Positions 18,455-29,480 of a DNA stretch of 64,000 bases are shown here, piece after piece. Every line of letters starts with the position of its first letter. Within the stretch, counting starts at the first letter, position 1. The notes beneath the pieces are model-generated. The model saw only the letters and a program-made list of their open reading frames with translations. It searched no databases and was not told the DNA's origin. This stretch comes from an uncultured delta proteobacterium (GTDB taxonomy: Bacteria > Desulfobacterota > Desulfomonilia > UBA1062): NCBI GenBank assembly GCA_963798485.1, contig CAWCTR010000007.1:384001-448000 (forward strand). Reading direction: 5' to 3'. The position numbers and the translations under genes are program-made.

Positions 18455-19147
18455 ATGTTTTTTGATCCCCTCTATCTCATTATGATTGTTCCAACATTTT
18501 TACTGAGCCTTTTTGCGCAGTTTAAAGTACGTTCATCCTATAAAAAGTATTCAAAGATACCTACATCTCGCGGAATAACAGGGGCAAAGGCTGCCCGTAT
18601 CATCCTTGATGCACAGGGTATACGGGATGTATCTATTGAGCTTGGCAAAGGGTTTCTCTCGGATCATTACGATCCCAGGAGCAAGGTTCTCAGGCTCTCT
18701 GAATCGGTTTATGCAGGAGATTCATTGGCAAGTGTCGGTGTTGCAGCGCATGAGGCAGGCCATGCCATTCAGCATGCACGAGGCTATGTCCCTCTCCAGC
18801 TGAGAAGCGCCCTTGTTCCAATTTCTTCCCTTGGTTCGAACCTCGCATGGCCACTGCTTTTCATAGGGTTCATCTTCATGGCCAAGTCACTCATTATGGC
18901 TGGGATCGTATTCTTTAGCTTGGCGGTTCTCTTTCAGCTGGTCACTCTTCCTGTGGAGTTCAATGCCTCTTCCAGGGCCTTGCAGGCGCTGCCTGCAACA
19001 GGAATCCTTTCTGATACGGAGCTGGCCGGCGCAAGGAAGGTTTTAACAGCAGCTGCACTCACCTATGTTGCAGCAGCAGCAACTGCTATTATTCAGCTTT
19101 TGTATTTTATTCTGCGGTCAGGCCTATTGGGGGGTAGTGATGAATGA
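18455..19147 (+). CDS. Membrane zinc metallopeptidase (YugP-like)
   Basis: LSDHYDP, AAHEAGHAIQH, TLPVEFNAS. Confidence 0.9.
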   Translation: MFFDPLYLIMIVPTFLLSLFAQFKVRSSYKKYSKIPTSRGITGAKAARIILDAQGIRDVSIELGKGFLSDHYDPRSKVLRLSESVYAGDSLASVGVAAHEAGHAIQHARGYVPLQLRSALVPISSLGSNLAWPLLFIGFIFMAKSLIMAGIVFFSLAVLFQLVTLPVEFNASSRALQALPATGILSDTELAGARKVLTAAALTYVAAAATAIIQLLYFILRSGLLGGSDE

Positions 19148-19281
19148 AGCTTCTTATATGTAACGGGGATCTTTATTTCATGCCTTAATAGGTGATCTCC
19201 TGTGCTGGAATTATAAACAATTGAACAATGGGCTTTTTGAACTATTTAAATTTAGAATCTGTTTTTCCGATGTAGGGTAAG

Positions 19282-20634
19282 ATGAGAAGGTTTGTTTCAG
19301 CAGCTATTCTATTTATTCTTGATATTATTATTGCCGGTGGTTCTGTGTTCCTTGCGAAGTATATCCAGAGGTTTCTTCCCGAGGTAAGCCTTCCGGATGA
19401 ATTCTTGTTGATTAAGGCGGGTGTATACACCTTTATCACTCTTATTTGTTTCTATTTCCAAGAACTCTATGACTGGAAATACTGGAAAAAGCCCTCAGAG
19501 CTCATTTCTTCCATCCTTCTTGGTGAAGGCCTGACGCTGATCATTCTTGCATTCATATATTATATTCTCCCCATCAGTAGTCTTGAAAGGGATGTGCTTC
19601 TCATGGCCATTGCCATAACATCAGGATTTTCATTTATGCTCCGCCTGCTCTACCTTAAATTGCGATTCACCCATTATGCCGGCATGAAGGTAGTGGTTTT
19701 AGGTGATGGAGAGAATGCCAAGTTTCTGTTTCGAGAAATACGCTCCGGTGGCTATCCCGTAATTTTTGAAGGTTATATCGGCCGCAGCAACTGGGATTTG
19801 CCGTTGCGTTGCCTGGGTGAAGCCTCTTCGCTCGTAGATATTATACATAAAATTGATCCCGATGTCCTCGTAGTTGCCCCGGATGGCTGGCGGGGAACCC
19901 TGCCCATCGAGGATTTGCTCAGGGTAAAGTTCACCTTATGTGATGTCATTGACAGCCCCACCTTCTATGAGCAGGTTACCGGCAGAATTCTTGTTGAAGA
20001 AATTCGCCCAAGCTCCATAATATTCACAAGGGGTTTTCAGAGCGCACGAATTGAAGACCTCATAAAACGCCTGTTTGACCTGGTCTTCGCTCTGTTCGGG
20101 CTCATCATTACATCACCTATTATGCTGCTTACCGCTCTTGCCATCCGCATCGAATCTCCAGGTCCCATCTTATATCTCCAGCACAGGGTTGGTGTGGATG
20201 GTAAGGATTTCAAGGTAATCAAATTCAGGTCCATGCGTCAGGATGCAGAGAAGGACGGTCCCAAGTGGGCCAGTCAGAACGATCCTCGTATCACCCGTGT
20301 GGGCAGGATCATCAGGAAGCTGAGGTTGGACGAACTGCCCCAGTTTATCAATGTGATTAAAAACGATATGAGCTTTGTCGGCCCGAGGCCCGAGAGGCGC
20401 TATTTCGTGGACCAACTCGAAAAGGCCATACCCTTCTATGCCTTGCGGATGCATGCTAAACCGGGGATTACTGGATGGGCCCAGATCAATTACCAATATG
20501 GTGATACCTTTGAAGATGCCAAGGAGAAGCTTAAATTTGAGCTCTATTACATGAAGCATCGCTCCATGTGGCTCGATCTTGTAATCATCTTCCAGACCAT
20601 CAAGGTGGCGGTCAAAGGGAGAGGGTCGCAATAA
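19282..20634 (+). CDS. Polyprenyl glycosylphosphotransferase (sugar transferase, PEP-CTERM/EPS type)
   Basis: N-terminal TM helices, KFRSM, DPRITRVG, LDELPQ, VGPRPER, KPGITGWAQ. Confidence 0.92.
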   Translation: MRRFVSAAILFILDIIIAGGSVFLAKYIQRFLPEVSLPDEFLLIKAGVYTFITLICFYFQELYDWKYWKKPSELISSILLGEGLTLIILAFIYYILPISSLERDVLLMAIAITSGFSFMLRLLYLKLRFTHYAGMKVVVLGDGENAKFLFREIRSGGYPVIFEGYIGRSNWDLPLRCLGEASSLVDIIHKIDPDVLVVAPDGWRGTLPIEDLLRVKFTLCDVIDSPTFYEQVTGRILVEEIRPSSIIFTRGFQSARIEDLIKRLFDLVFALFGLIITSPIMLLTALAIRIESPGPILYLQHRVGVDGKDFKVIKFRSMRQDAEKDGPKWASQNDPRITRVGRIIRKLRLDELPQFINVIKNDMSFVGPRPERRYFVDQLEKAIPFYALRMHAKPGITGWAQINYQYGDTFEDAKEKLKFELYYMKHRSMWLDLVIIFQTIKVAVKGRGSQ

Positions 20635-20656
20635 TTGAATAATTGTATTGAATAAT

Positions 20657-20710
20657 TGTAGGAGCGGCTTCAGCCGCGAAATACTCTTCGCGATTGAAAT
20701 CGCTCCTACA
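20657..20710. repeat. GTAG-type REP doublet
   Basis: TGTAGGAGCGGCTTCAGCCGCGAA ... TTCGCGATTGAAATCGCTCCTACA. Confidence 0.8.
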
Positions 20711-21452
20711 GCACGCTCAGAATCACCGGCCCGTTCGCAGTAATAGCGATGCTGTGTTCGAAATGCGCAGACAAGGATCCGTCGGCGGTAACGGCAGTCC
20801 ACCCGTCATTACGTATGGCAACCTTCCATGTACCCTCATTGACCATGGGTTCAATGGCGAACGTCATGCCCTCTTGAAGCATAGGGCCGGCCCCCTTTTT
20901 GCCGAAATTGGGGATCTGAGGGTCTTCATGGAGGCTTCTGCCGATGCCGTGGCCAACAAATTCTCTCACGACAAAAAATCCTGCTGATTCAACAACCTTC
21001 TGGATCGCTTCTGAAATGTCGTAAAGGTGATTTCCCGCACGAGCCTTGCTGATGCCCTCATAAAGGGATTTCTCCGTTACCTCCATCAGATGACTGGCCT
21101 TCTTCGATATAATGCCCACGGCATAGGTCTTGGATGCATCCGAGTAGAAATTATTGTGTATCGCACCCACATCAATGCTTATGATATCACCGGGCAAAAG
21201 CTTGCGAGGCCCTGGTATCCCATGGATAACTTCTTCGTTTATTGAGGTGCACAGCGTTGCAGGGTAGCCGCTGTACCCTTTGAATGCAGGAATTGCACTG
21301 TGTGAGCGAATGAAGAGCTCAGCCTCTTTGTCGAGTTCGGCTGTGGTGATTCCCGGCTTGATCATGGGCCCTATGTGCTCGAACAGGAGGGCCAGGATCC
21401 TGTTCCCCTCCCGCATTATTGCAATTTCCTGGGGGGTCTTGAGGATGATCAT
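20706..21452 (-). CDS. map: Methionine aminopeptidase
   Basis: HGIP, GHGIG..LHEDP, AIEPM, SAHFEH. Confidence 0.96.
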   Translation of the reverse strand: MIILKTPQEIAIMREGNRILALLFEHIGPMIKPGITTAELDKEAELFIRSHSAIPAFKGYSGYPATLCTSINEEVIHGIPGPRKLLPGDIISIDVGAIHNNFYSDASKTYAVGIISKKASHLMEVTEKSLYEGISKARAGNHLYDISEAIQKVVESAGFFVVREFVGHGIGRSLHEDPQIPNFGKKGAGPMLQEGMTFAIEPMVNEGTWKVAIRNDGWTAVTADGSLSAHFEHSIAITANGPVILSVL

Positions 21453-22327
21453 CCATCCAGAACCTTTTTCAGGGGATACTCGATAATGCCCCGCGCACCG
21501 GCCTTTAGGAGCTCCGGCATCAATGAGCGCGACTGCGATTCATTGATGATGATCTCGAGCGAATACCAGTTCGGGTCATGCAGCGGCGAGACCGTGGGTG
21601 AGGTGATGGCCGGCAGCATGTTGATAACAGCTTCAAGCTTATCCTTGGGTGCATTCATCTTCAGGCCCACCATGCCGGTGGCCTGCAGGGCCGCCTTGAG
21701 CATGAGGGAGATCTGCTCGATCTTGGTACGTTTTTGAGCATCCTTCCAGGTTTCTTTGTTGGCAATGAGCTTCGTATTGGTTACGAGCAGGACATCTATG
21801 ATCTTCAGGTTGTGCGCCTTAATGGTGGAGCCGGTCTCGGTCACCTCCACGATGGCATCCGCCAGGCCTTCCACCACCTTTGCCTCGGTGGCGCCCCAGG
21901 AGAATTCAACCTCCACGTTGATGTTTCTCTCCTTGAAGAACTTTTTGGTGAAGTTCACCAGCTCCGTGGCGATCTTCTTGCCTTCAAGGTCTTCAAGTTT
22001 CTTGATAGAGGATTTATCGTCCACGGCCAGGACCCACCTGGCAGGTTTGTAGGTGGCCTTTGAGTAGATGAGGTCAGCCACCTCAACCACATCGGATTCA
22101 TTCTCCAGGATCCAGTCTTTGCCCGTGAGTGCAAGATCGAACAGGCCTGATTCAACGTACCGCGAGACCTCCTGGGCCCTCACCAGGGCACATTCGATGT
22201 CCGCGTCATCAATAGAGGGAAAATAGCTGCGGGATGATGTGCCGATTATCCAGCCTGCATCCTTAAACAGCTCAACGGTGGAAGCCTGCAGGCTTCCCTT
22301 GGGTATTGCCAACCGGATCAAGCTCAT
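21449..22327 (-). CDS. hisG: ATP phosphoribosyltransferase (long form)
   Basis: AIPKGSL, GATE, ETGST and a C-terminal regulatory domain. Confidence 0.95.
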   Translation of the reverse strand: MSLIRLAIPKGSLQASTVELFKDAGWIIGTSSRSYFPSIDDADIECALVRAQEVSRYVESGLFDLALTGKDWILENESDVVEVADLIYSKATYKPARWVLAVDDKSSIKKLEDLEGKKIATELVNFTKKFFKERNINVEVEFSWGATEAKVVEGLADAIVEVTETGSTIKAHNLKIIDVLLVTNTKLIANKETWKDAQKRTKIEQISLMLKAALQATGMVGLKMNAPKDKLEAVINMLPAITSPTVSPLHDPNWYSLEIIINESQSRSLMPELLKAGARGIIEYPLKKVLDG

Positions 22328-22707
22328 TTCTTGTATACCTCTTTCGGGTCAAAGACCCTGATACCATCTTCGAGAAGCATTCCTTTCTCAACCTTTCTGA
22401 AGAAGCACGAGCGGTAGCCGGTGTGGCAGGCAGCACCTCCGACCTGATTCACCTTGAGCAGAATGGTATCCTGGTCACAGTCGATACGGATCTCCACAAC
22501 CTCCTGAACATTACCGGATTCCTCACCCTTTCTCCAGAGCTTGTTTCGGGAACGGCTGAAGTAGCATGCCCTATTGGTGCGGAGAGTTTCATCGAATGAT
22601 TCCTGATTCATATAGGCGAGCATTAAGATCTCGCCGGTGGCTGCATCCTGTGCGATTGCGGGGACAAGCCCTTCTGACTTTGCGAAATCGACCAGTTTCT
22701 CCATCAA
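22324..22707 (-). CDS. hisI: Phosphoribosyl-AMP cyclohydrolase
   Basis: [27 protein letters not shown]. Confidence 0.96.
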   Translation of the reverse strand: MMEKLVDFAKSEGLVPAIAQDAATGEILMLAYMNQESFDETLRTNRACYFSRSRNKLWRKGEESGNVQEVVEIRIDCDQDTILLKVNQVGGAACHTGYRSCFFRKVEKGMLLEDGIRVFDPKEVYKK

Positions 22708-22789
22708 ATGCCTCCTGAATGCTGAGCCTTAACAGGTTTTTACAAAGCGTGTCAAGGGGGCAAGGCCTGGTTCTGCGTGGCTTTGCCGG

Positions 22790-24142
22790 TTATGGCTTGT
22801 TGACGCTCAAGCCGAGACAATCTTCAGCCGCCTCCTTGAGCAGCTCTGCCATGGTGGGGTGGGGGTAATGGGGCTTGATGAAGTCCTCGATATGGAGTCC
22901 TTTCTCAATGGCCAGTGTTGCCCATGAGATGAGTTCTGTCGCATGAGGGGCCATTATGGTCACCCGCTCCATCTTCCCTTCAGGGCTGCAATACACGGTT
23001 GCGAATCCCTCTGAGGCCTCCATGGTCCGTGCCCTGCCTAGGGCGGATACCGGGAAGGTGCCCATTTTCACGAGCACAGGATTCACCTGTTTACCTACTG
23101 AGGCTATCTCGGGATTTGTAAAGACAATCGATGGTATGGCTGAATAGTCCATGGTCCGGGACCCGCCGGTAATGCTGTCCACAGCAATGAAAGCCTCTTT
23201 TGATGCGACATAGGCATACATCTGTGAGCCGGTCACATCCCCGATGGCATATATGCCCGGGATGTTTGTGCGCATGGAGCTGTCTACCCGGATGCCTCTT
23301 GATGGTGTGAGCATAAGGCCTTTTGCTTGCAGTCCTTCCGGGATAACCGGCTCTCTGCCTATGCAGAGCAAAAGACCTTCTCCTGTTACGGTTTCCATCC
23401 CGGCCGGTGTTTCTATGAATAATTTGAATGCGCAAGGCCTTTCTACGGCTGTTATTCTCGCTGATGGAATGAACCGCACATCCTTGTAGTGTGATACCAG
23501 CCCTCTGGAAACCTCTTCATCTTCGGTGGCAAGGACCCTCTCAAGGGCCTCGATAACCGTAACCTCAGAACCAAGGTTCGAAAATACATGGGCCATCTCC
23601 ATGCCGATCACGCCGGCGCCCACAATGAGGAGAGAGGATGGGAGCTGCCTGATATCAAAGATCTCATCGCTAGTCAGGACCCCTTCGAGATTGAACAGGT
23701 CGGGTCTTTTCGGGCGGGAGCCGGTGGCAATAATGATTGAGGTGGATATAATATGTTCATCTACGATCTGGATGGAATTCTCTGTTAAGAACTTGGCATA
23801 TCCCCGATAGATATCGACCCCGGCTTGGTTCAGCAGGTACTCAATGCCCTTTGCCAGCCTTGTTACGATCCTGGTCTTGCGCTTATAAAGGCCCTCGAGG
23901 GTCAGCGTTGCATCTCCTGCAATGATACCAAACCGCCGGGCATTTTTTATGTGATCATAGAGGTTGATGCTTTCAATGTAGGTCTTGGCAGGGATGCACC
24001 CCTTGTTCGTACAGGTGCCCCCGAAGTTCGAGCCTTCAGCGATACCAACCCGCAGGCCCTTTTTTGCACCGAGCAGTGCGGCAGTATACCCGCCCGGCCC
24101 TGTGCCTATGACAAAAAGATCATATCGTTTCTGCGTGTCCAT
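22790..24142 (-). CDS. lpdA: Dihydrolipoamide dehydrogenase
   Basis: GTGPGGY, GGTCTNKGCIP, HPTMAE. Confidence 0.88.
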   Translation of the reverse strand: MDTQKRYDLFVIGTGPGGYTAALLGAKKGLRVGIAEGSNFGGTCTNKGCIPAKTYIESINLYDHIKNARRFGIIAGDATLTLEGLYKRKTRIVTRLAKGIEYLLNQAGVDIYRGYAKFLTENSIQIVDEHIISTSIIIATGSRPKRPDLFNLEGVLTSDEIFDIRQLPSSLLIVGAGVIGMEMAHVFSNLGSEVTVIEALERVLATEDEEVSRGLVSHYKDVRFIPSARITAVERPCAFKLFIETPAGMETVTGEGLLLCIGREPVIPEGLQAKGLMLTPSRGIRVDSSMRTNIPGIYAIGDVTGSQMYAYVASKEAFIAVDSITGGSRTMDYSAIPSIVFTNPEIASVGKQVNPVLVKMGTFPVSALGRARTMEASEGFATVYCSPEGKMERVTIMAPHATELISWATLAIEKGLHIEDFIKPHYPHPTMAELLKEAAEDCLGLSVNKP

Positions 24143-24145
24143 TTT

Positions 24146-24472
24146 TCAGGTCTTTTTCCTCTTCTTCTTAGGGATCGGATAGAATATATCTATGTATGTA
24201 TGTTTGAACACCCTTAAGGCCTCACGGTGAATCATCAGCATCTCCCTGCGGGTATGGGCGAGTTTGTGAAGCTCATTAAATTTTCCCACGAGTATGTTGT
24301 ATTCCTCGATGCCTTGGGTCTTATCCATAAGGGCATCCAGCTCTTTAAGCTGCTCCAGGATCGACTCGAGCTGATGGCCGGAGTGGCCCAGGGCCTTGGC
24401 CATCTCCTCCATGAGTTCTTGCTGTGTCTTTTCAATACTATCTTTCACCACGCCACGTGCTATAGCACACAA
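24146..24472 (-). CDS. Hypothetical helical protein
   Basis: Co-oriented, 4 bp from lpdA; HREAL motif. Confidence 0.7.
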   Translation of the reverse strand: MCAIARGVVKDSIEKTQQELMEEMAKALGHSGHQLESILEQLKELDALMDKTQGIEEYNILVGKFNELHKLAHTRREMLMIHREALRVFKHTYIDIFYPIPKKKRKKT

Positions 24473-24636
24473 GGCCCATGCCTATAAAGGGCCTGACACA
24501 TCCCCCTGGCCGGAAAGTAATATTTCGAACAGGTAGCCATATTCTCTGAAACAATTCTATGATAGGATACCTTCATCTTGGCGGATAAAGAATCACATCC
24601 TGACATCCGATAAAAAGGCGTATACGGAGGGTTATT

Positions 24637-25953
24637 GTGGATTTTGATATATTCTCAGAACAAGTCGACACCACGATACAGTCCTTGGGGAAGGCTACAA
24701 TCGAATCCCCGGTGAGGGGAAGTGCCATCTTTGTGGAAGAGAGCGAGCGGGTCATCATAGATACCTCTCTGGCCTTCTTCAACAGGTGCACGCAGGGCGG
24801 TCCCGCGCCAACATCATTTGAGCTCTCCGGGCCACGCCGGAAGATCTTCTTCGATCCTTCCAAGACAAAGTGCGGTATTGTAACGTGTGGAGGGCTCTGT
24901 CCTGGGATCAATGACGTTATCCGGGGCATTGTCCTAGAGTTGTACTATGTCTACAGTGTGGAGAATATCTACGGCATCACCTATGGTCTCCAGGGTTTTG
25001 TCCCCAAGTACAAGCATCCCCTCATCGAACTCACGCCTTCATATGTCGAGCACATCCATGGAATAGGCGGCACCGTGCTCGGGTCCTCGAGGGGGTCTGA
25101 AGATATCTCGGAGATCGTGGATGCCATCGAGCGGCTGAATATGAATATCGTGTTCTTCATCGGAGGAGACGGTACCTTGAAGGCGTCTTCTGCCGTGGCC
25201 AGGGAGGCCGTGGCCAGGGGGTTCAGGTGCTCTATCATTGCGGTCCCTAAGACGATCGATAACGATATCCTCTTTGTTTCCAAGACCTTTGGCTTCGATA
25301 CTGCCGTGGAGGAGGCAAGGAGGGTCATCCAGAGCGCTCATGCGGAGGCCAAGGGGGCGCCTTTCGGCATCGGGCTCGTTAAGGTGATGGGCCGGGACTC
25401 CGGATTCATAGCAGCGAATGCCGCCCTTGCTTCCCGGGACGTCAATTTCGTGCTCGTCCCTGAGGAGGACTTTGACCTTGAGGGTGAGAATGGCTTTCTG
25501 GCGACACTCGAAAAAAGGGTCAGGTCTCGGGGGCATGCCGTGGTTGTGGCGGCTGAAGGCGCCGGCCAGAAGTTCTTCAAGGATCTCCCCGAAGAAAAGG
25601 ATGCCTCCGGCAATGTAAAGAAGCACGATATAGGCCTTTTCCTTAAGGAACAAATCGAGCGTTATTTCCTGGCCCATGGTATGCCCACCAATCTCAAGTA
25701 CCTCGACCCGAGTTATGTGATCAGGAGTGTGGTTGCCAATGCATCCGATTCGATCTTTTGCGGGTTCCTCGCCCAGATGGCGGTTCATGCAGGTATGAGC
25801 GGTAAAACCGATATGTTGATTGGTTTGTGGAATAATGTATATGTACATATACCCAATGCAATATGTATGAGGGGGAGGAAGAAGATCGATACGAGCGGGC
25901 CTTTGTGGATGAGCGTCAGGGAATCAACCGGACAGCCCGAAATGAAGAATTGA
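24637..25953 (+). CDS. pfkA: 6-phosphofructokinase (PfkA family)
   Basis: GGLCPG, GGDGT, PKTIDND, MGRDSG, YLDPSY. Confidence 0.92.
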   Translation: MDFDIFSEQVDTTIQSLGKATIESPVRGSAIFVEESERVIIDTSLAFFNRCTQGGPAPTSFELSGPRRKIFFDPSKTKCGIVTCGGLCPGINDVIRGIVLELYYVYSVENIYGITYGLQGFVPKYKHPLIELTPSYVEHIHGIGGTVLGSSRGSEDISEIVDAIERLNMNIVFFIGGDGTLKASSAVAREAVARGFRCSIIAVPKTIDNDILFVSKTFGFDTAVEEARRVIQSAHAEAKGAPFGIGLVKVMGRDSGFIAANAALASRDVNFVLVPEEDFDLEGENGFLATLEKRVRSRGHAVVVAAEGAGQKFFKDLPEEKDASGNVKKHDIGLFLKEQIERYFLAHGMPTNLKYLDPSYVIRSVVANASDSIFCGFLAQMAVHAGMSGKTDMLIGLWNNVYVHIPNAICMRGRKKIDTSGPLWMSVRESTGQPEMKN

Positions 25954-26000
25954 AGCGTGGCTGCACAAAGGCCCAAAGTACGGATCGAAAAGGAGCGGCT

Positions 26001-26762
26001 ATGGATGACAAGATTTTATTAGAAGATGATATTATTGATCTTACCGACCTTCTGGAGGAAGGCAGCCCGCCAAAGAAGCCCCAGCAAGCCGACATACGAA
26101 AGAAGGTTGTGAATGAGCCCGATTCCTTTGACCTCGGCAAGGAGATCTCTATGGACTATGATGTCTCCATTGAAGAGATCGAAAATAACAGCACGGTGCG
26201 TGCCCATGATACCCCTTTGGATTTTGATAAGAAGCCCGGCAAGCAACCCAAAACTGATGATATTTTGGATGATCTCCTCAAGGAGCCCCTGGGCGGCATC
26301 GAGTCTGAGATCGATCTTGCAATGAAGGACAAGTTAGAGGAAGTGAGCCTTACGGCCAAAGAAGAGGAAGTGCTTCTCAGTGAAGGTTTGGTAGAAGAGA
26401 TACCCTCAATAAAGAAAGAAGAGGCTGCTGCCCTCAATGAAGAGTTTCCGGCCCCACCGATAGAGCCTGTGAGGCTTCAGGAGGTTCCCATCCCTATGTC
26501 CATGCCGTCACCAATGCAGGAACCACCCAGTGCCTATGAGGAAATGCCCAAGATCGGCATCCCGGCAGATATGCCCACCGAGGCCATTTTAGATGCCGTT
26601 ATCACTGAATTCAGGAAAGAAATGCCTGCCCTCCTGGAAGGCATCCTCAGGCCGGTTGTGAAGGAACTCTTCAAGGAGATTATCTCCTCAACCCGTGAAG
26701 TGATCCCCGGGATTGTAGAGAAGGTGATACATGAGGAGATTGAAAAGCTCAAGAAACTCTGA
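26001..26762 (+). CDS. Acidic, Pro-rich protein with PopZ-like termini
   Basis: AGGAG RBS; EDDIIDLTD N-terminus, D/E/P-rich middle, ILRPVVKE...IPGIVEKVIHEEIEKL C-terminus. Confidence 0.75.
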   Translation: MDDKILLEDDIIDLTDLLEEGSPPKKPQQADIRKKVVNEPDSFDLGKEISMDYDVSIEEIENNSTVRAHDTPLDFDKKPGKQPKTDDILDDLLKEPLGGIESEIDLAMKDKLEEVSLTAKEEEVLLSEGLVEEIPSIKKEEAAALNEEFPAPPIEPVRLQEVPIPMSMPSPMQEPPSAYEEMPKIGIPADMPTEAILDAVITEFRKEMPALLEGILRPVVKELFKEIISSTREVIPGIVEKVIHEEIEKLKKL

Positions 26763-26843
26763 TCAGATAACCCCTGGGAGCCTTTTGCCTTTCCGTCCTG
26801 TTCATGTTATGAGATTTTGCACAACCTTCATCAGGAGTGCAAG

Positions 26844-29480
26844 ATGCTCGATAAAGACTACGACCCGAAGGATATTGAACAGAGATGGTACGATACCTGG
26901 CTTGAGAAGAAGTATTTCCATGCCCGTGAAGATGATGAGACAAGACCCTGCTATGCAATCGTAATCCCTCCCCCCAATGTCACCGGCGTGCTCCACATGG
27001 GGCATGCATTGAATAACACCCTTCAGGATATCATGATCCGTTATAAAAGGATGGATGGATATAATTCCTTATGGATGCCCGGCACCGACCATGCGGGTAT
27101 AGCCACACAGAACGTAGTGGAAAAGTATCTTGCCGAAAAGGCCACCTCCCGGCATGAACTGGGAAGGGACGCCTTCATAAAAGAGGTATGGAAATGGCGA
27201 GAGAAGCATGGAGGGCTTATCATCAGTCAGCTCAAAAGGCTCGGCGCCTCCTGTGACTGGGACCGCATCAGGTTCACCATGGACGAGGGGCTCTCCAATG
27301 CGGTCAGGAAGGTCTTTGTAACACTGTATCAGGAAGGCCTGATCTATAGGGGCGACTACATCGTAAACTGGTGTCCGAGGTGCCACAGCGCCCTGTCCGA
27401 CCTGGAGGTGGAGCACGAGGAAGAAGACGGCCATCTCTGGCATATAAGGTATCCACTCGCCGATGGATCTGGTGAGGTTGTAGTGGCTACCACCAGGCCC
27501 GAGACCATGCTCGGCGATACTGCCGTGGCCGTCAACCCCGATGATGAGCGGTATGCTTCCATGATCGGCAAGGACCTTATCCTGCCTGTCATGAACCGCC
27601 GTATCCCTATTATTGCCGATGCCCTGGTGGATAAGGAATTCGGCACCGGCGCCGTCAAGGTCACCCCCGCCCATGATCTCAACGACTACGAGATGAGCCT
27701 GCGGCATGGTCTGGAAGTTATCGTCATCATAGATGAATCGGGATTCATGAATGCCAATGCCGGGAAGTATAACGGGCTTGAGAGGTTTGAATGCAGGAAA
27801 CAACTCGAGAATGACCTGGCGGACCTTGGCTTCCTCGTGGACAAGACCGCCTACCGGGTTCCGGTCGGCAAGTGCTACCGGTGCAAGACCACCATCGAGC
27901 CGTATCTCTCCAAGCAGTGGTTCGTCAAGACCAGGCCATTGGCGGATGAGGCCATCAAGGCAGTCCAAGACGGCCGGACGCGGATCATCCCCAAGCAGTG
28001 GGAGAAGGTCTATTACGAGTGGATGAACAACATCCGTGACTGGTGTATCTCGCGGCAGATCTGGTGGGGGCACCGGATCCCTGCATGGTATTGCGATGCA
28101 TGCGAAGAGGTCATGGTAAGCGAGATAGAACCCAAGCAGTGCCCCAAATGTAAATCCGCCTCACTCAGACAGGAGACCGATGTGCTCGATACCTGGTTCT
28201 CCTCGGGGTTGTGGCCCTTTTCCACCATGGGCTGGCCGGAGCAGGGCGCCACATTGAAGAAGTTTTACCCCACCGATGTCCTTATCACCGGGTTTGATAT
28301 CCTCTTCTTCTGGGTGGCCAGGATGATGATGCTGGGCCTGAAGTTCATGGATGATGTGCCTTTCAGGGATGTCTACCTCCATGCCCTGGTGCGTGACGAG
28401 CAGGGCCAGAAGATGAGCAAGTCCAAGGGCAACATCGTTGACCCCATCATAGAGATGGACAAGTATGGGGCGGATGCCTTCCGCTTTGCACTCACCGCCT
28501 TCGCCGCCATGGGGCGGGATGTGCGCGTCAGCGACAAGCGCATCCAGGGGTACCGCTTTTTCATCAACAAGATCTGGAACGCAGGCAGGTTCGTCCTGGC
28601 CAATATCAAAGGGTTCGAGCCGGAAGCAGTTACCCTTGATCTGGCGAAACTCGGGTTGGCGGAAAAATGGATACTGACCGAGCTGAATAGGACCATCCGG
28701 GATGCAAGGCGCGCCCTTGATGAATACCGCTACAACGACACGGCGGACATCCTCTATCAGTTCACCTGGCATACCTACTGTGATTGGTACATCGAGCTGT
28801 CCAAGTCCAGGCTGAACACCGAAGATGCGCAGTACACCAGGTGGGTGCTGCATTATGTATTGAAGTCCATCCTCGAACTCCTGCACCCCATCATCCCCTT
28901 TGTGACCGAGGAGATCTGGCAGTGTCTGCCGGCCAGGGTCGGGGAGTCCATAGTGATCGCCTCCTATCCAAAGGAGAGACCGGAGTTGGACTTTACCGAC
29001 GATGCCGAACTCATGGGCTATATCATCGAGGTTATCTCCGGTGTACGCAGCATCAGGGGTGAGACAGGCATATCCCCTGCCGTGGTGCTTGATGTGGCCA
29101 TCAGGGTGCCTGACGCAAAGCTGCAATCCTTGCTGGCTGCCAACAGCATCCATATCAAAGACCTTGCAAGGGTGGGTAAGGTGAAGTTCATCGCCCATGA
29201 ATCCGAGCGCCCGAAGAAGTGCGCCCTTGCCGTGAGGAAGGGCCTCGAGGTCTATGTGCCCCTTGAAGGTATAATCGACATCGACAAAGAGACTGACCGC
29301 CTGAACAAGCAGATGGGCAAGGTGAACAAGGAACTCGCAGAGAAACTCAAGAAGCTGTCAAACCCCAACTTTGTGGAAAAGGCGAAGAAGGAAGTGGTGG
29401 AAGAGCAACTCAAGATAAAGGAAGACCTTGAATTCGAACTCATAAGCCTCCAGAAGGCCTATTCGCTGCTTCAAGGGTGA
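26844..29480 (+). CDS. valS: Valine-tRNA ligase
   Basis: PPPNVTG.LHMGH, KMSKS, WCISRQ. Confidence 0.98.
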   Translation: MLDKDYDPKDIEQRWYDTWLEKKYFHAREDDETRPCYAIVIPPPNVTGVLHMGHALNNTLQDIMIRYKRMDGYNSLWMPGTDHAGIATQNVVEKYLAEKATSRHELGRDAFIKEVWKWREKHGGLIISQLKRLGASCDWDRIRFTMDEGLSNAVRKVFVTLYQEGLIYRGDYIVNWCPRCHSALSDLEVEHEEEDGHLWHIRYPLADGSGEVVVATTRPETMLGDTAVAVNPDDERYASMIGKDLILPVMNRRIPIIADALVDKEFGTGAVKVTPAHDLNDYEMSLRHGLEVIVIIDESGFMNANAGKYNGLERFECRKQLENDLADLGFLVDKTAYRVPVGKCYRCKTTIEPYLSKQWFVKTRPLADEAIKAVQDGRTRIIPKQWEKVYYEWMNNIRDWCISRQIWWGHRIPAWYCDACEEVMVSEIEPKQCPKCKSASLRQETDVLDTWFSSGLWPFSTMGWPEQGATLKKFYPTDVLITGFDILFFWVARMMMLGLKFMDDVPFRDVYLHALVRDEQGQKMSKSKGNIVDPIIEMDKYGADAFRFALTAFAAMGRDVRVSDKRIQGYRFFINKIWNAGRFVLANIKGFEPEAVTLDLAKLGLAEKWILTELNRTIRDARRALDEYRYNDTADILYQFTWHTYCDWYIELSKSRLNTEDAQYTRWVLHYVLKSILELLHPIIPFVTEEIWQCLPARVGESIVIASYPKERPELDFTDDAELMGYIIEVISGVRSIRGETGISPAVVLDVAIRVPDAKLQSLLAANSIHIKDLARVGKVKFIAHESERPKKCALAVRKGLEVYVPLEGIIDIDKETDRLNKQMGKVNKELAEKLKKLSNPNFVEKAKKEVVEEQLKIKEDLEFELISLQKAYSLLQG

